Below, in pieces: positions 52,346 through 64,000 of a DNA stretch of 64,000 nucleotides. This DNA is from Octopus sinensis (Eukaryota): the NCBI RefSeq assembly GCF_006345805.1, contig NC_042998.1:59210001-59274000 (forward strand). The letters run 5' to 3'. The position numbers and the translations under genes were made by a program. The notes below the pieces were generated by a model. That model searched no databases. It was not told where the DNA came from and saw only the letters and a list, made by a program, of their open reading frames with translations. Numbering within the stretch: position 1 is the first letter of the stretch; each line of letters starts with the position of its first letter.

Positions 52346-53134
52346 TGAAAGACATAATGAAACCAAATAAATTAGTGGTACTAAATAAAATAACATTGAG
52401 CTTTTATGTAGGCTCATAAATTTGTTAGAGAAAATAGAGAAAAGTCAGTACAGAGTCTTAACAGTGTTATCATAAGTAAACGAGTTAAGAAACGTCAAAT
52501 GGTTTCTTGTTGAGATATTTCATTTAGCCTGATATCAGAATTGTTCAATGAAATATGTATTCATCACGTTCATACTTGAACAGAAGCACTTTTTTAACCA
52601 ACAACAATTACCAAATAAAATTACCATTCTTTTGTAAATGTTGTAGATCAAACAGAAAAAAATATATATATATTTAAAAACAGATGGAAAAAATCTATGG
52701 TTCACATTAATCTTGAACAATGATATGTATAAGTATTCAGATGTCTACTTTAGTCTGTTCAACTTATTTGATCTAGAAATTCTTAGCTATAATCGAATCT
52801 AGATAACCGAATAAATAAATAAACACAACATTAAGTCAACGACAGAGACTATGCGCAATCGCATGAGTTTACAAGAAACTGCAACCAAAGTATAGCTCAT
52901 TCAAACACCAACTTCTCGTCAATAGTACCACACTAGACAGACTACGCTAAAAAAATATTCCGTCCGTTCTTCCATATACTAGAGAAGCCACCAAAATCTG
53001 TTACCCCCGGATCATTTCCAACCATCATATAAAAACAAAAGACAAATTGGATAATGACTTAGATATACTATATAGGACAAGGACAGAAGAGAGTTGTGAC
53101 TGTAATACCAGTAATTATAGGTCTCATTACATGC

Positions 53135-53652
53135 GGAGCCTCATGGAGCTTGGGTGTTTTCGCTTAATAAACACTCAAAATGCCAGGTCTGGGAATCGAA
53201 ACCACGTTCTTACGACCGCGAGTCCGCTGCCCTAACCACTGGGCCATTGCGCCTCCACACTCGTTGTTGCTGGTGCTGTTGCTGTTGAGCGAACGGTCTT
53301 CGTCCCAGAGCTCGCAAGATGGGAGAATTCCGAAACGTGGTCCTTTGCTATTCGTAAGACCCGCAGAAGAGAAAGCAGGTCAACCCCCGACACCGAGAGC
53401 ATCGACGGATGGATGAATGCGCATCCAGGCTCAGCCGTTGCCTAGAAAGTCGGGGACAAGAAACAGGAAGAAAGTGAGAGAAATTTGGAGCGAAAGAGTA
53501 CAACAGGGTTTGCCACCACCCCCTGCCGGAGCATCGTGGAGCTTTAGGTGTTTTCACTCAATAAACACACACAACGCCCAGTCTGGGAATCGAAATCGCG
53601 ATCCTCCGACCGCGAGTCCACTGCCCTAACCATTGGGCCATTGCGCCTCCAC
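53135..53652 (-). mobile_element. Two tandem SINE family C copies (long 53256-53652, head-only 53135-53255)
   Basis: Both start ggaggcgcaatggcccaRtggttagggcag with B box tttcgattcc; the long copy ends in a (CAA/CAG)n-like tail abutting the second head. Confidence 0.85.
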
Positions 53653-53659
53653 TGATGGT

Positions 53660-54530
53660 GCTAGTGACGATTGACCCCAAGTTTGTTTCCATCAAGTAAA
53701 TTTATGTTGAAAGAATTTTCAGTCATGGTCATTTCGTTGTATGAATCCGTCGTTCCTCTTCCATTTTCTAAGATGACGACTTCACCTCTTATACATTGCA
53801 ATGACGGACGTTGCAGCTGCACATGCATCCGGAAATCTGCAATTGTTCCCATCTATATTACAGCTTTGTTTCAATGAAACTACGGAAACGGCTGAATTTC
53901 AATGCCCTACACGTGTATGCTATCCCGACGGCTGCAACGGAAGGTACGTCATGTGTTTATGGTCTGAAAGGAATGTGATTCACAACCTATGTTGAAATCG
54001 GGTTTTTCATGGGAGAGAATTGCGCTAGATGACAAGTGTCAAGGCTGTCAACATGATTCATGTATATTAAGAATGCAGTGGAATGACCAGTGTACTCTAT
54101 GCATCTCATCATGCTTTGTGGTGCGCATCTCACATGGATGTCGCCGAGTATCATCTTTTTACCCGTTTACATATGTCTTTGCCTCTGCTCAACCTACCGA
54201 AAATCAAATGTTAGGATGTATCTTAAATACGCCTATACACAAACAATAGAAGATGGCATTTATTTCTCCTTGGTTCGCTACCCTTTGAAAGGTTTTAAAC
54301 ATTTCTATAATAAAGATACTGTAAAAGTTCTCCACTTACTTGAGTTTGCCAGTTTAGTCACCGATGACTTGATCATGCAACATATACTGGATTATAAATC
54401 ACTAGTAGCGCTCAGGAATGGGCTGATTTTACGGCATTTTTTAATGCGCTCTTCGTTCTTTAAAGCAATGGGGGTTGAACCTGAAGGGGATATGCTGCTA
54501 TTTCAAAGTGGCCAAACAACCACGTAGAGG
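53660..54530 (-). mobile_element. Possible highly decayed Helitron RepHel fragment
   Basis: Scattered minus-strand peptides in the expected order: RTFTVS..AYLRYIL (cf. RMYTVS..YLRLLL), KTYVNG, SVAAVGIA (cf. AVASSGIA), NEMTM (cf. DExTM). Short motifs only. Confidence 0.35.
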
Positions 54531-54776
54531 TTCCCTCACTGGCTCTTAATCTGAACTGACGTTTCTGTCAGATAAGCGCCATAGGGAAATTAAGAGAAGG
54601 ATAATTTCTCACATTGGTACGAAGCCACAAATTTACAGGGAACAGCAATGATCGATTGAATCCATTAGCATATTACTGTCATTTGTAATCTCAATCTCGG
54701 ATAAGTGAAATACGAATCTGACGCCTATAGGCCACAAAAAGAGAAAGTAAGTATAGTAAAAGTAGATTTATTATCA

Positions 54777-55950
54777 TACTAGCAGTATAACCCGGCTTTG
54801 CCCGGGATGAAGTTACGATTATTAAGCTAATCAAGTTTTATTTCAAACCAAACTAAGGAATATCGACGTCAAATTTGGGCGAAATCCATTGAAATTAGTT
54901 TATATATATATAAATATTCATGGGCAAAACACACACGTACGTAGTACACATATTGCATGTCTTTGCACGAATATATGTTCATATACAGAAATGAATGGAA
55001 AACATGTTGGTAAATTTGTAGATCAACACTCGCACGATTTCCATTAAGAAAAAATCGGTTTCTTGCGTGGAATCAAATACTCTGGCCTCCTAATATGCTA
55101 CAAAGCACTTTTTGTGATCCTAGAAACGGAATGGAGTGTGGTGGAAGCCTTGGAAATCGTAGCCATTTATATTGTGTAATTCACTGACAAACTGTTACCT
55201 ACCTCTTTGTTCCTTTGTTGTTAAATAAATGGATTCTCAACAAAACATTTTTCTTCGGCGTTAAATAAAAACAAAACTCTTTCGCACCCAAAGTAATGTG
55301 TGTGTGAGAGAGAGGGGGAGAAGGATGAACAATTTAAAATGAATAAATGATTTTAAATAAATATATTGTAATTGTTGTGTGAGAAAGTATATATAATCTG
55401 ATTATAAAATATAGTGTATTCTAAAAACATCCTAAATTTGAACACTATATCTCGTGTTTAAGAAAACGCAAAACATTTTACATTTTATTTTTATGAAAGT
55501 TATCACCTACTCTCTCCCCTCTCTCTCTGTCTCTGTCAATTTGTCTTTACCTTTTTTTTGTTAGACGCTGCCAAACTATCTCCCACTCTTCCTTACACAT
55601 ACTTTTTCTTTATTTTTTTGTTAGACGTTGTGAAACACTTTCTCTCCCTCACACACTCACACACATGTATCAACACATAACTTCTCTTTCTCCCTCACAC
55701 ACACACACTTTTGCTTGGCTATGGCTAGAAGGACTTAACTCATGTTTGCAACTTCCAAAATTGATAAAAGCTATGGCTGAAAATAGATTTCTACCGCTAT
55801 AGCGGGTGACTCGGGAAAAAAATAAGTTGACAAAACCCAGGTAGGATGTTGACGAATGTCCTAAAATTGGAGCGACATGCGTGCTAATTTGTGGACGTGC
55901 ATAAATTACAATCACGTACACACACACACACATCATGCCTTTTATAGATA
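54777..55950 (+). mobile_element. Non-autonomous Helitron/DINE-like element
   Basis: Starts TACTAG followed by the GC hairpin cccgg-ctttgc-ccggg; internal microsatellites; ends cttttatagata. Confidence 0.5.
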
Positions 55951-57059
55951 CATATTATTGCTGCCTTGGTACATTTTACTTCTAAATGTAGTTAGACACG
56001 AAGGTAATATACGTGGAGGGAATGTAACATGAGAGACATTATCGCAGGTGGAGTAACACCACAAGAGAGAAAATGTCGCAGCAAGAATAATCCCAGTGAT
56101 GAGACAATATTACAACATGTTACATGACAAGCAATGCCAGGCGATTATGTGGATTGCTATGTCGTAGACATAACAATCCACGTAATCTTCCCAACTACAT
56201 ATTTATATATTCAATTCAACAGCACGGTATTTTGGGAAAGTGTCTTCTATTTCAGCCTGGAATCGACGAAAGGCTTGTCTTAAACTAAAAACGTGTGGAA
56301 GTTCCTCTTCTTCAGTAGCAGGCTTAACAGAATGGCCTGTTTCGGAGATCCATCTCGACAGTGGGTATCTTTAGAAGAGTCCAATGTGTTGCATATAGTC
56401 AGGCAAGGTTTCTGGTCAGATGCTAAAATAGAATTCAATGGATTAAAATCTTTGTATATTGCATCTAGTTTAGTCATAGTCTAAATAGTGAAATAAATTA
56501 AATAAACAATCTAGAAGCACATCTATATATTTCTTACTGAACAGATAGTCATGGTGTACTATCGAACATGCCTCTAGAAATTTTAGTCAAAACTAAGTTA
56601 TGACAAACATAAAGAGTATGTCAATGGACACAATATGCTTGATGAAAACAACAAAAACTCTGCTTGGAGTTTCGTCAGCAGCTGAGCACCTTACTTATTT
56701 ATCAATAAATAAACTTCTTTTAAATGCATATTTGCATAGTTAACACATTCTTGTCAGCTATTTGGCATCTTGGAATATTAAATGAACGATCTGTTGACAG
56801 CTTTCCTTTTCATTGCTAGAATGCCTAACAGGGATATGTCTTAGTGAATGTGTGTGCATGTAGCGAGTGATAGTAATTTCGAACCACGGACTGTACTGAT
56901 TTCTCCAATGTTAAAAGAGAAGACGGCTTAAAAGTCCATGGACCCTGCCTCTACTTCACCCAAATAAATGGTTAAAAATGAGGAAGCGTCTGTCTATATA
57001 CAAGATGCATTGTAGAAGTTTATGAGAAATATTTAGGAGAGACATTTATCAATTTCAAA

Positions 57060-57760
57060 AAAGTTCAAAATTTTACTCTCCCCAAAGTAAGATCCTCTAA
57101 CTTCAATGCTCTTGCAAAGGCTCTAGTCATTTCTTGAAGGGCCCAGGGAAGCCTTCCGGTGTGAAGGCGTCCAAGTCCCTTGCCATAACCTCCTCTATAT
57201 TTTTCTTCAGTTGGAATAATAGTCAAAATCACCGGGAGCAAGATCTGGATTGTAGAGTGGGTGAGGTCAAATTTTGATGCCGATTTCTGTTAAGTAGTTG
57301 GTTACTAGGATGGAATTGTGAAGTGGTACGTGGTCATGGTGCAAGTGCCCCTGAACTGAGTGGAAGATCCCGGCCATTTAAAATTAAATCTCTTTCCGAA
57401 CTGCCTTAAACGTCCACAAAACACTCTTTCTCGACCATCTTACTATAGAGAATCCATAGGATGTAGATCGTGCCCTTGCTGTGAAAAAGAGGATAATTAT
57501 AACCTTCCCGGCGGACTTGATTTGCCTGGCCTCTTGTCCCAGCGACAACCAATGCTTGGCTCATACAAGTTAATCCATAAGCAGTGTGGAAAATCTCATA
57601 AGTTCGTGTAGCGTTTTTTCCCGTTTTCACACAAAACTTTATTGCATAGTGAGTTTCCATATTTCTCATCACGTCTCGACTGCATTCTCCAAAGTCGTCA
57701 ACTGTGACAAGCAATGTTTAGCAGGTTCTTTTCAAAGAGCTGTTACAGCTGCATCCTTCA
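57060..57760 (-). mobile_element. Mariner remnant
   Basis: HYAIKFCVKTGKNATRTYE (HTH); HHDHVPLH..LPHPLYNPDLAPGDF.LF (decayed HDNA/YSPDLAP). Confidence 0.85.
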
Positions 57761-57962
57761 ATCTGCAAAAAATTAGCAGGGTGCTTATTAAATGTATAGT
57801 AATGGTATACGGAAATTTAAATAACTTAGGACAATTGTAACAAAGTCACAAATATTCTGGAATGGACTTCGTCGAATCTAATTTTTTTCTAAATCTTATT
57901 TTTATTATCATTCCTTGTAGAGTGTATATTTATATCAATTCTCTCTATACTACGCATATATA

Positions 57963-58330
57963 GAAATATCTACAGGGATGCAGATATGGATGTGTGGTTA
58001 GGAAGTTTGCTTTCCAGACACATGTTTTCAGGGTCAGTCTCACTGCGCACCACATTGGACAAGTTGCTTCTATTATAGACAAGGGCTGGCCAATGCCTTG
58101 TAAGCAAATTTGGTAGAATGTGTGTGTGTATGTGTGTGTGTGTGTGTGTTTGGGTGTGTCTTTGTATTTGTCTGCTGCACCACTTGACAAGTTTCTGTAA
58201 CCTAGCTTTTCGACAGAAGAGAACCACTAGAATAAATAAATGATCTTTAAAATGTATTGATGTCCATCTGATTGAATAAGACCGTCAAGTTGTTGTCCCA
58301 ACATGGCCATCGTGCAATAATTGAAAAAAT
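57963..58330 (+). mobile_element. SINE family A, degenerate
   Basis: gatgcagatatggatgtgtggttaggaag...cagtctcactgcgc...atgccttgtaagcaaatttggtag. Confidence 0.7.
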
Positions 58331-58595
58331 AAAAGATAAATGACCAAAGATACGTTAAACAACTAAGTATATTTAGAAACAACACAGTCAAAACTTAGTA
58401 CAGATACAAATGAATAAAAGTGATTTAGTTTTCTAACAAATTGTCTGAAGTCATTCCTAAAATAATGGTTACTGTAAGAATGGTTACATGCTAGGCAATT
58501 AGCTGCACAGATTAGAAATAACAACCACGTATTTAAAATCCATGTTAAATTTTCACACCCAGTCGCGTACGATATTGTGCATATATTCAAAACGA

Positions 58596-59130
58596 TGAGC
58601 TAGCAGAATCGTGAAGCACGTCGGGCAAAAATGCGCAACAGCAATTCGTCTGTCTTCATGTTCTGAGTTCAAATTCCAACGGGGCCGCCATCGCCTTTAC
58701 CTTTCATCATTAAGGTGGCGAGCTGGCAGAAGCGTTACCGCATCGATCGAAGTACTTAGCGGTATTTCGTCTGCCGTTACATTCTGAGTTAAAATTCCGC
58801 CAAGGTCGACTTTGCCTTTCATCCTTTCGGGGTCGATTAAATAAGTACCAGTTACGCACTGGGGTCGATATAATCGACTTAATCCGTGTGTCTGTCCTTG
58901 TTTGTCCTCTGTGTGTTTAGCCCCTTATGGGTAGTAAAGAAATAGGCATTTCTTCTGCCGTTACTTTCTGAGTTCAAATTCCTCCGAGATCGACTTTGCT
59001 TTTCATCTTTTTGTGGTCGATTAAATAAGTACCAGTTACGCACTGGGGTCGATATAATCGACTTAATCCGTTTGTCGGTCCTTGTTTGTCCTCTCTGTGT
59101 TTAGCCCCTTGTGGTTAGTAAAGAAATAGA
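58596..59130 (+). mobile_element. Second head-to-tail cluster of SINE family B (3-4 units)
   Basis: Same units as 45.86-46.87 kb, including the dimeric ...aaagaaataggtatttc... junction. Confidence 0.88.
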
Positions 59131-62085
59131 TATTGTGCATCTGTTGAGTTGTCAGATAAATTTATTCGCTTCTTTCCAATGATATTTGAATTAAAAAGAA
59201 AAATATTTTTGTCTTACTGTTTTATGTCTTTTTTTTTTGTTACTTTAATATTCCTCTAGAACCTTTCTTTATTTTTCTGGATGTTACATGTACTTTCTGA
59301 AATGAAAGAAAAATAATATTAATCATTCTGGTAATAAAGCTTTCCTCTCTGCATAGAGTATTTAGAATTTGAGTTTTGATATTCACATCATTAAATATGT
59401 TAAAAGTAACTCGACAAGTGTCAGAGAACATAGCGTTTCTAGGCAACAGAAATATGGGTTCCATATGGAATAAAATCAATAAATCTAAACAGGTTTCTGT
59501 TTTTTTCTCTCGGAATTCCTAATTTCGATCATAATATCAATAGATATAAAAAAAATTAGATGCATGTGTGTTATAGGCAAAATATCCGGAATTAATACAA
59601 ATCCCGAAACGAAGTCGAATGGTGCACTTCAAATCTGTCGTGCACCTCTTACCTAATAATTTCGTGAATTATTATTAACGCTTCTGATGTATATGGATAT
59701 GAAAAGAAGAAGGAAAATGTGAAATGTTAATATATATATATATACATACGTACATCATATATATCTAGCTATCTCTGTCTGTCTGTCTGTCTAACTAAAT
59801 AACTATCTATCTATTTATCCTTTTATGTATGTATGTATGTATGTATGTATGTATGTATGTATGTATGTATGTATGTATGTATGTATGTATGTATATGCAT
59901 ATATGCATGTGTGTGTGTGCGCGTGTATGTATGAATGTATGTGTGTATGTATGTATTTTTGTGTGCACAAACTCAGTGTACGCAACTGAAACAGAATTGA
60001 AATGAAATCACCAGCTGTGAATTATGCTAAATAAAGACACGCCATCAGAGTGCATGCATGAAACTGTCGGATTTTCTGCGGTAAATTTTTTTTCATAGAC
60101 GTGTTGTGTTAAAATCAAAATATATATCGGAGCAAGACGAAATTCGAAGCTTATTTTTAAACTTATCACGCTGTGCATTCGATTGTCATCTGCTGAAATG
60201 AAAGTCCCGCTTCAGAACATAGGAAACAGTGGATGGAAGCTTTTCTATAGCCCAGCAAGCTTCCGCAAAGTCAGATGGCTTATTCACTGTTTCCTATAAA
60301 TAGAGGCACACATTTCATTGAAGCCCGCGGAAATAAGGTGTATAGTATTAGCAAACATCAAGAATGACGAAACTCTGTTTTTATTTTTTTTTTTCGGGAA
60401 TTACCGCAGCGACGATGTTCGTCTGGCTCCGAAATACCATCATTATTGCAACCACGGTCAAACATTCCTCACAAAGCCTAATCACAATTCACTATGTACC
60501 ATTTTCGTGGTAATTGCTCCTGACGAAGATGATACAATCATCTGGGAGTTGATTGATGAATGTTCGAGCAGGTCTTTCTCGACGGTGTCTCCCGTGTGTT
60601 GAGTCGCACAATAGTAGCTTTTGTATAAATTCCCGCTTACTTCTTCAGCAATGCCCTGCAAATTGTAAACCGTCTTTGAGCAATAGAAGTTGCTATGTGC
60701 GACAACTTACCGTATGGAGTATAATTAGCAATACGTTGATGCTAGCTTATGATTTGTACATCCCTAACTACCTAAGTGTACGCACATCTAGATTCTCATG
60801 AAGTGCGTGTATCAGGGTCCATTATTTACTGTGTTCTTAACATTACAGTTATATGAAGACAGTTTATCTCAATCAATTCCATGGTATCATACTTTCTAAC
60901 GGTGTGATATATATTTAGCATGAAACAGAGTTTATGTGCGTTTATGTGTGTACGAACGTATGTGCGTGTATTTGGTGATTTCTGTATAGTTATTATGGCT
61001 TCTCTTTCAGATGGTATTCGGTTCATTATTGAATGTTTAGTCATGTTTAATCTCATATGATCATGTGTTCTGAAGTAAATCTTAAAATCAACTGATCCAT
61101 TGAAGATTAGAAATCACAGAGGGCAGACGAAACTCTGTACCCCCACACAAGTGCTATATCTTGCGCAATCTAGAAATGACTTTCCTTTACAAATGTTCTC
61201 AAATTTCAAGTTTAGATTTGTGCTGTTTGCTGTTCGTTGTAGCAGTATATTCTTGATACGTGGATGAAGTTACTATCGTCAGACTGTTTCAGAGTGATGA
61301 AAGAACATACCCCAAATATTGCAGCCTTCTCATCTTGCTCCTGCTCCTAGTCCGCCACCTGTTGTTCCTCTTCTTCCTGCTTCTTCTGCGACCTCTGCCT
61401 ATCAGAATGCCTACCTGTACTTACGGCTAAACAAATTCCTCTCAGCAGGAAATCTGTGATAAACATTTTTTGACTCCACGTGGGCCTCTATATATTTTCG
61501 AAATACCGGTAGAAAAGCTTCTCGTGTCTTCATGCAACCCTCTATGCCTTCATAATCCCAAACTAGAATACTCATTTATTTAAGTCTAATTAACAGAGTA
61601 ACACATGAAATACATGAATAGTCACCCTGCAAACCCACTCGCGCCCCAAACATTCCATAATAATACACCTTGCAAATACATAAGGCCCCCGCCTAAAATT
61701 TAGAAATTCCTAAACTGCAGCAATAAGACAATTATTAGACGTGACACATTTTCAGACCACTTAATATTCGGTATGAGTTAGCTCCCTTTTCACCCTGCTA
61801 GAGTTACCCGATTCACTTGTACTGCCGGTGTTAGAACCTCTAATACGAGATGAACACGCGAGAAAAAAATGGGCATAATTAAACGAGGTAACCCGCACCT
61901 AAATAATTCTCACCCCACCCTAATTATCCAACGAAACTAACCAATCTACCACAGGTAAACCTCTACCCAGCGAATTTACCAGTGCAAAAACAAAATTTCA
62001 ATGTAAGAATTACCAATTTGTTTACATTACCATGACATATGTATCAATCATTTTCGCATCCTAACCAATGCATATATCTATATTT

Positions 62086-62136
62086 GCATTCTGAAGAGAT
62101 ATACTTACTACAGTAAATCGAAACAATCGTAAATGC
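62086..62136 (+). ncRNA. Canonical type I HHR, apparently intact
   Basis: Stem I gcatt/aatgc; CTGAAGA 62091-62097; stem II 7 bp with G10.1-C11.1; GAAA 62120-62123; C-AATC-G; GUA 62129-62131. Confidence 0.8.
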
Positions 62137-62377
62137 CACCCTCATCTCTGCTTCTTACCTTTTTGTTACCTATTTAATTAAAGACATGCCAGCGTAATCC
62201 ACGGGACCCCCATTGTTATTATATCCATTATTTTCTTCTCTTATATAACCTAAACTCTGGTTTACCAACCTAACCACTTGCTACCGTACAATCTTACAAA
62301 AGACTGTACCTACCCAGCTAATATCCAGGAGTGACTTTGGATTTAATTATCCCTTAGAGGTATTAAACTCCTCTAAC

Positions 62378-62447
<70 letters not shown>

Positions 62448-62489
62448 GATCAATAAATGGTGGGGTTGTGTTGACCGCACGTGGAGAAA

Positions 62490-63255
62490 TAATAAGTAAC
62501 GAAAAATTCTTTTAAAAATGCAGAATGCTCAAATGAAAGAAAATTTTAATAAAATGAGAAATTGATAAAATATATAAATATATATTTATTCAACCGGTTT
62601 TCGTCATTGTATGAGTTGTCAAGAATATTTGTGTTTTAAAAAGTTTTTTTAAAAATTAGAAAGGGGAAAAAAAGAAGAAGAAAATTGCATTGTTTTTTGC
62701 AAAAGAATAATGATAAAAATGTACAAAAATTAAAAAATAAGTACTCCGATACATTGTGAGTTCGTTGTGTATCTTGAGTTTTATGATTGTTCACGAAAAA
62801 ATTACCTTGAGGTATTAAGATCCAAAGGGATTAAGAGCATGTGTTGTGTGGTTTAATTCAGCATGTTTGCAGTCCTGCAAACATGCTGAATTAAACCACA
62901 CAACACATGCTCTTAATCCCTTTGGATCTTAATACCTCAAGGTAATTTTTTCGTGAACAATCATAAAACTCAAGATACACAACGAACTCACAATGTATCG
63001 GAGTACTTATTTTTTAATTTTTGTACATTTTTATCATTATTCTTTTGCAAAAAACAATGCAATTTTCTTCTTCTTTTTTTCCCCTTTCTAATTTTTAAAA
63101 AAACTTTTTAAAACACAAATATTCTTGACAACTCATACAATGACGAAAACCGGTTGAATAAATATATATTTATATATTTTATCAATTTCTCATTTTATTA
63201 AAATTTTCTTTCATTTGAGCATTCTGCATTTTTAAAAAAATGTTTCCTTACTTAT
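62490..63255. repeat. Near-perfect palindrome: ~363-bp arms, 2-nt loop
   Basis: 62510-62872 pairs with 62875-63237 about the centre gcag-tc-ctgc; the outer ~20 bp are imperfect; flanked by TA tracts. Confidence 0.93.
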
Positions 63256-63582
63256 ATATATATATATATGGGGGTATATGTGCGTATGCACATAAATATT
63301 TCAATATGCATACATACAAATACACACACATACACACACACATATACAAAGTGTACCAGAACCATCTATAAATTAACTATACAGTTCATTCTGGGACACC
63401 TTTTATATATGTATATGTAAGTATATCTATGTGTTCGTGTATGAATGCGTGTGTGTGTATGTGTAATCTATCTATCGATATATCTATCTAGTTATCTGTC
63501 TCTCTCTCCATCTCTCAATACCTAATATGTATGTATGTATGTATGTATGCATGTATGTATGTATGCATGCATATATGTATAC

Positions 63583-64000
63583 ACAGGGTGTGTAAGATAT
63601 TTGAAGACAGATTTATGTTCATAAAAAATAGATATATAATATAATAGCAGATAAATTTATTTATCAAAAAATGGTTTGAGGATAAGAGTAAACCTTCTTT
63701 TCTATAATGTTATTGAACAAACCACTTTCAGTTTCAATAACTGCTTCTATATGGCATCTAAATCATCTACATGCTCTAATCATTTAGTCCTGGTTCATTT
63801 TGGACATTACTCTGACTATGGCAGCTTTCAAAGAATCGTTGGCGTTATGGTTGTGTGCATTGACCTCTCTCTCAACAACGCCCCACATGTAATACTCGTA
63901 AGTCACATAGGCAAAAAGAAGAAAAAATATCAAAACTAACCAGCCTTATTTAATCTTGTTACACGTTTCGGGATTAGAATGGTGTAAAATTCATTTCCTT
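63583..64000 (-). mobile_element. Tc1/mariner-superfamily transposon 3' end (runs off the window)
   Basis: TA + CAGGGTG terminus at 63583; minus-strand peptide WGVVERETN..NH...SLKAAI...IRACRRFRCHIEAVIE. Confidence 0.8.

Overview
This is AT-rich, repeat-saturated eukaryotic DNA. The SINE families and extreme (TA)n/(CA)n density suggest an octopus or other coleoid cephalopod, which is an inference. No host gene can be firmly called; there are only three weak orphan exon candidates. Recognisable coding sequence is all transposon-derived: a young 5'-truncated CR1/L2-type LINE nested in a SINE head (5.0-7.4 kb), a decayed RTE LINE with a PHD finger (15.3-18.3 kb), a very young Neptune-type Penelope-like element (PLE) with pseudo-LTRs and an inverted partial copy (35.9-43.6 kb), two older YRDDG/Hydra-type PLE families, several mariner/Tc1 remnants, Helitron remnants and about 20 tRNA-derived SINEs. 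The main unexplained structure is a set of type I hammerhead ribozyme (HHR) motifs, about ten loci. Many sit in non-coding fold-back (inverted-repeat) elements lodged at (TA)n microsatellites, and several unrelated families carry a compensatory U3-A8 core instead of C3-G8. The young PLE also has a ~400-aa N-terminal extension joined to RT-EN at an in-phase U_UUU_UUA heptamer. That is either a programmed -1 frameshift or a homopolymer assembly error. Most short ORFs in the supplied track are microsatellite translations. All coordinates and pairings were read by eye.
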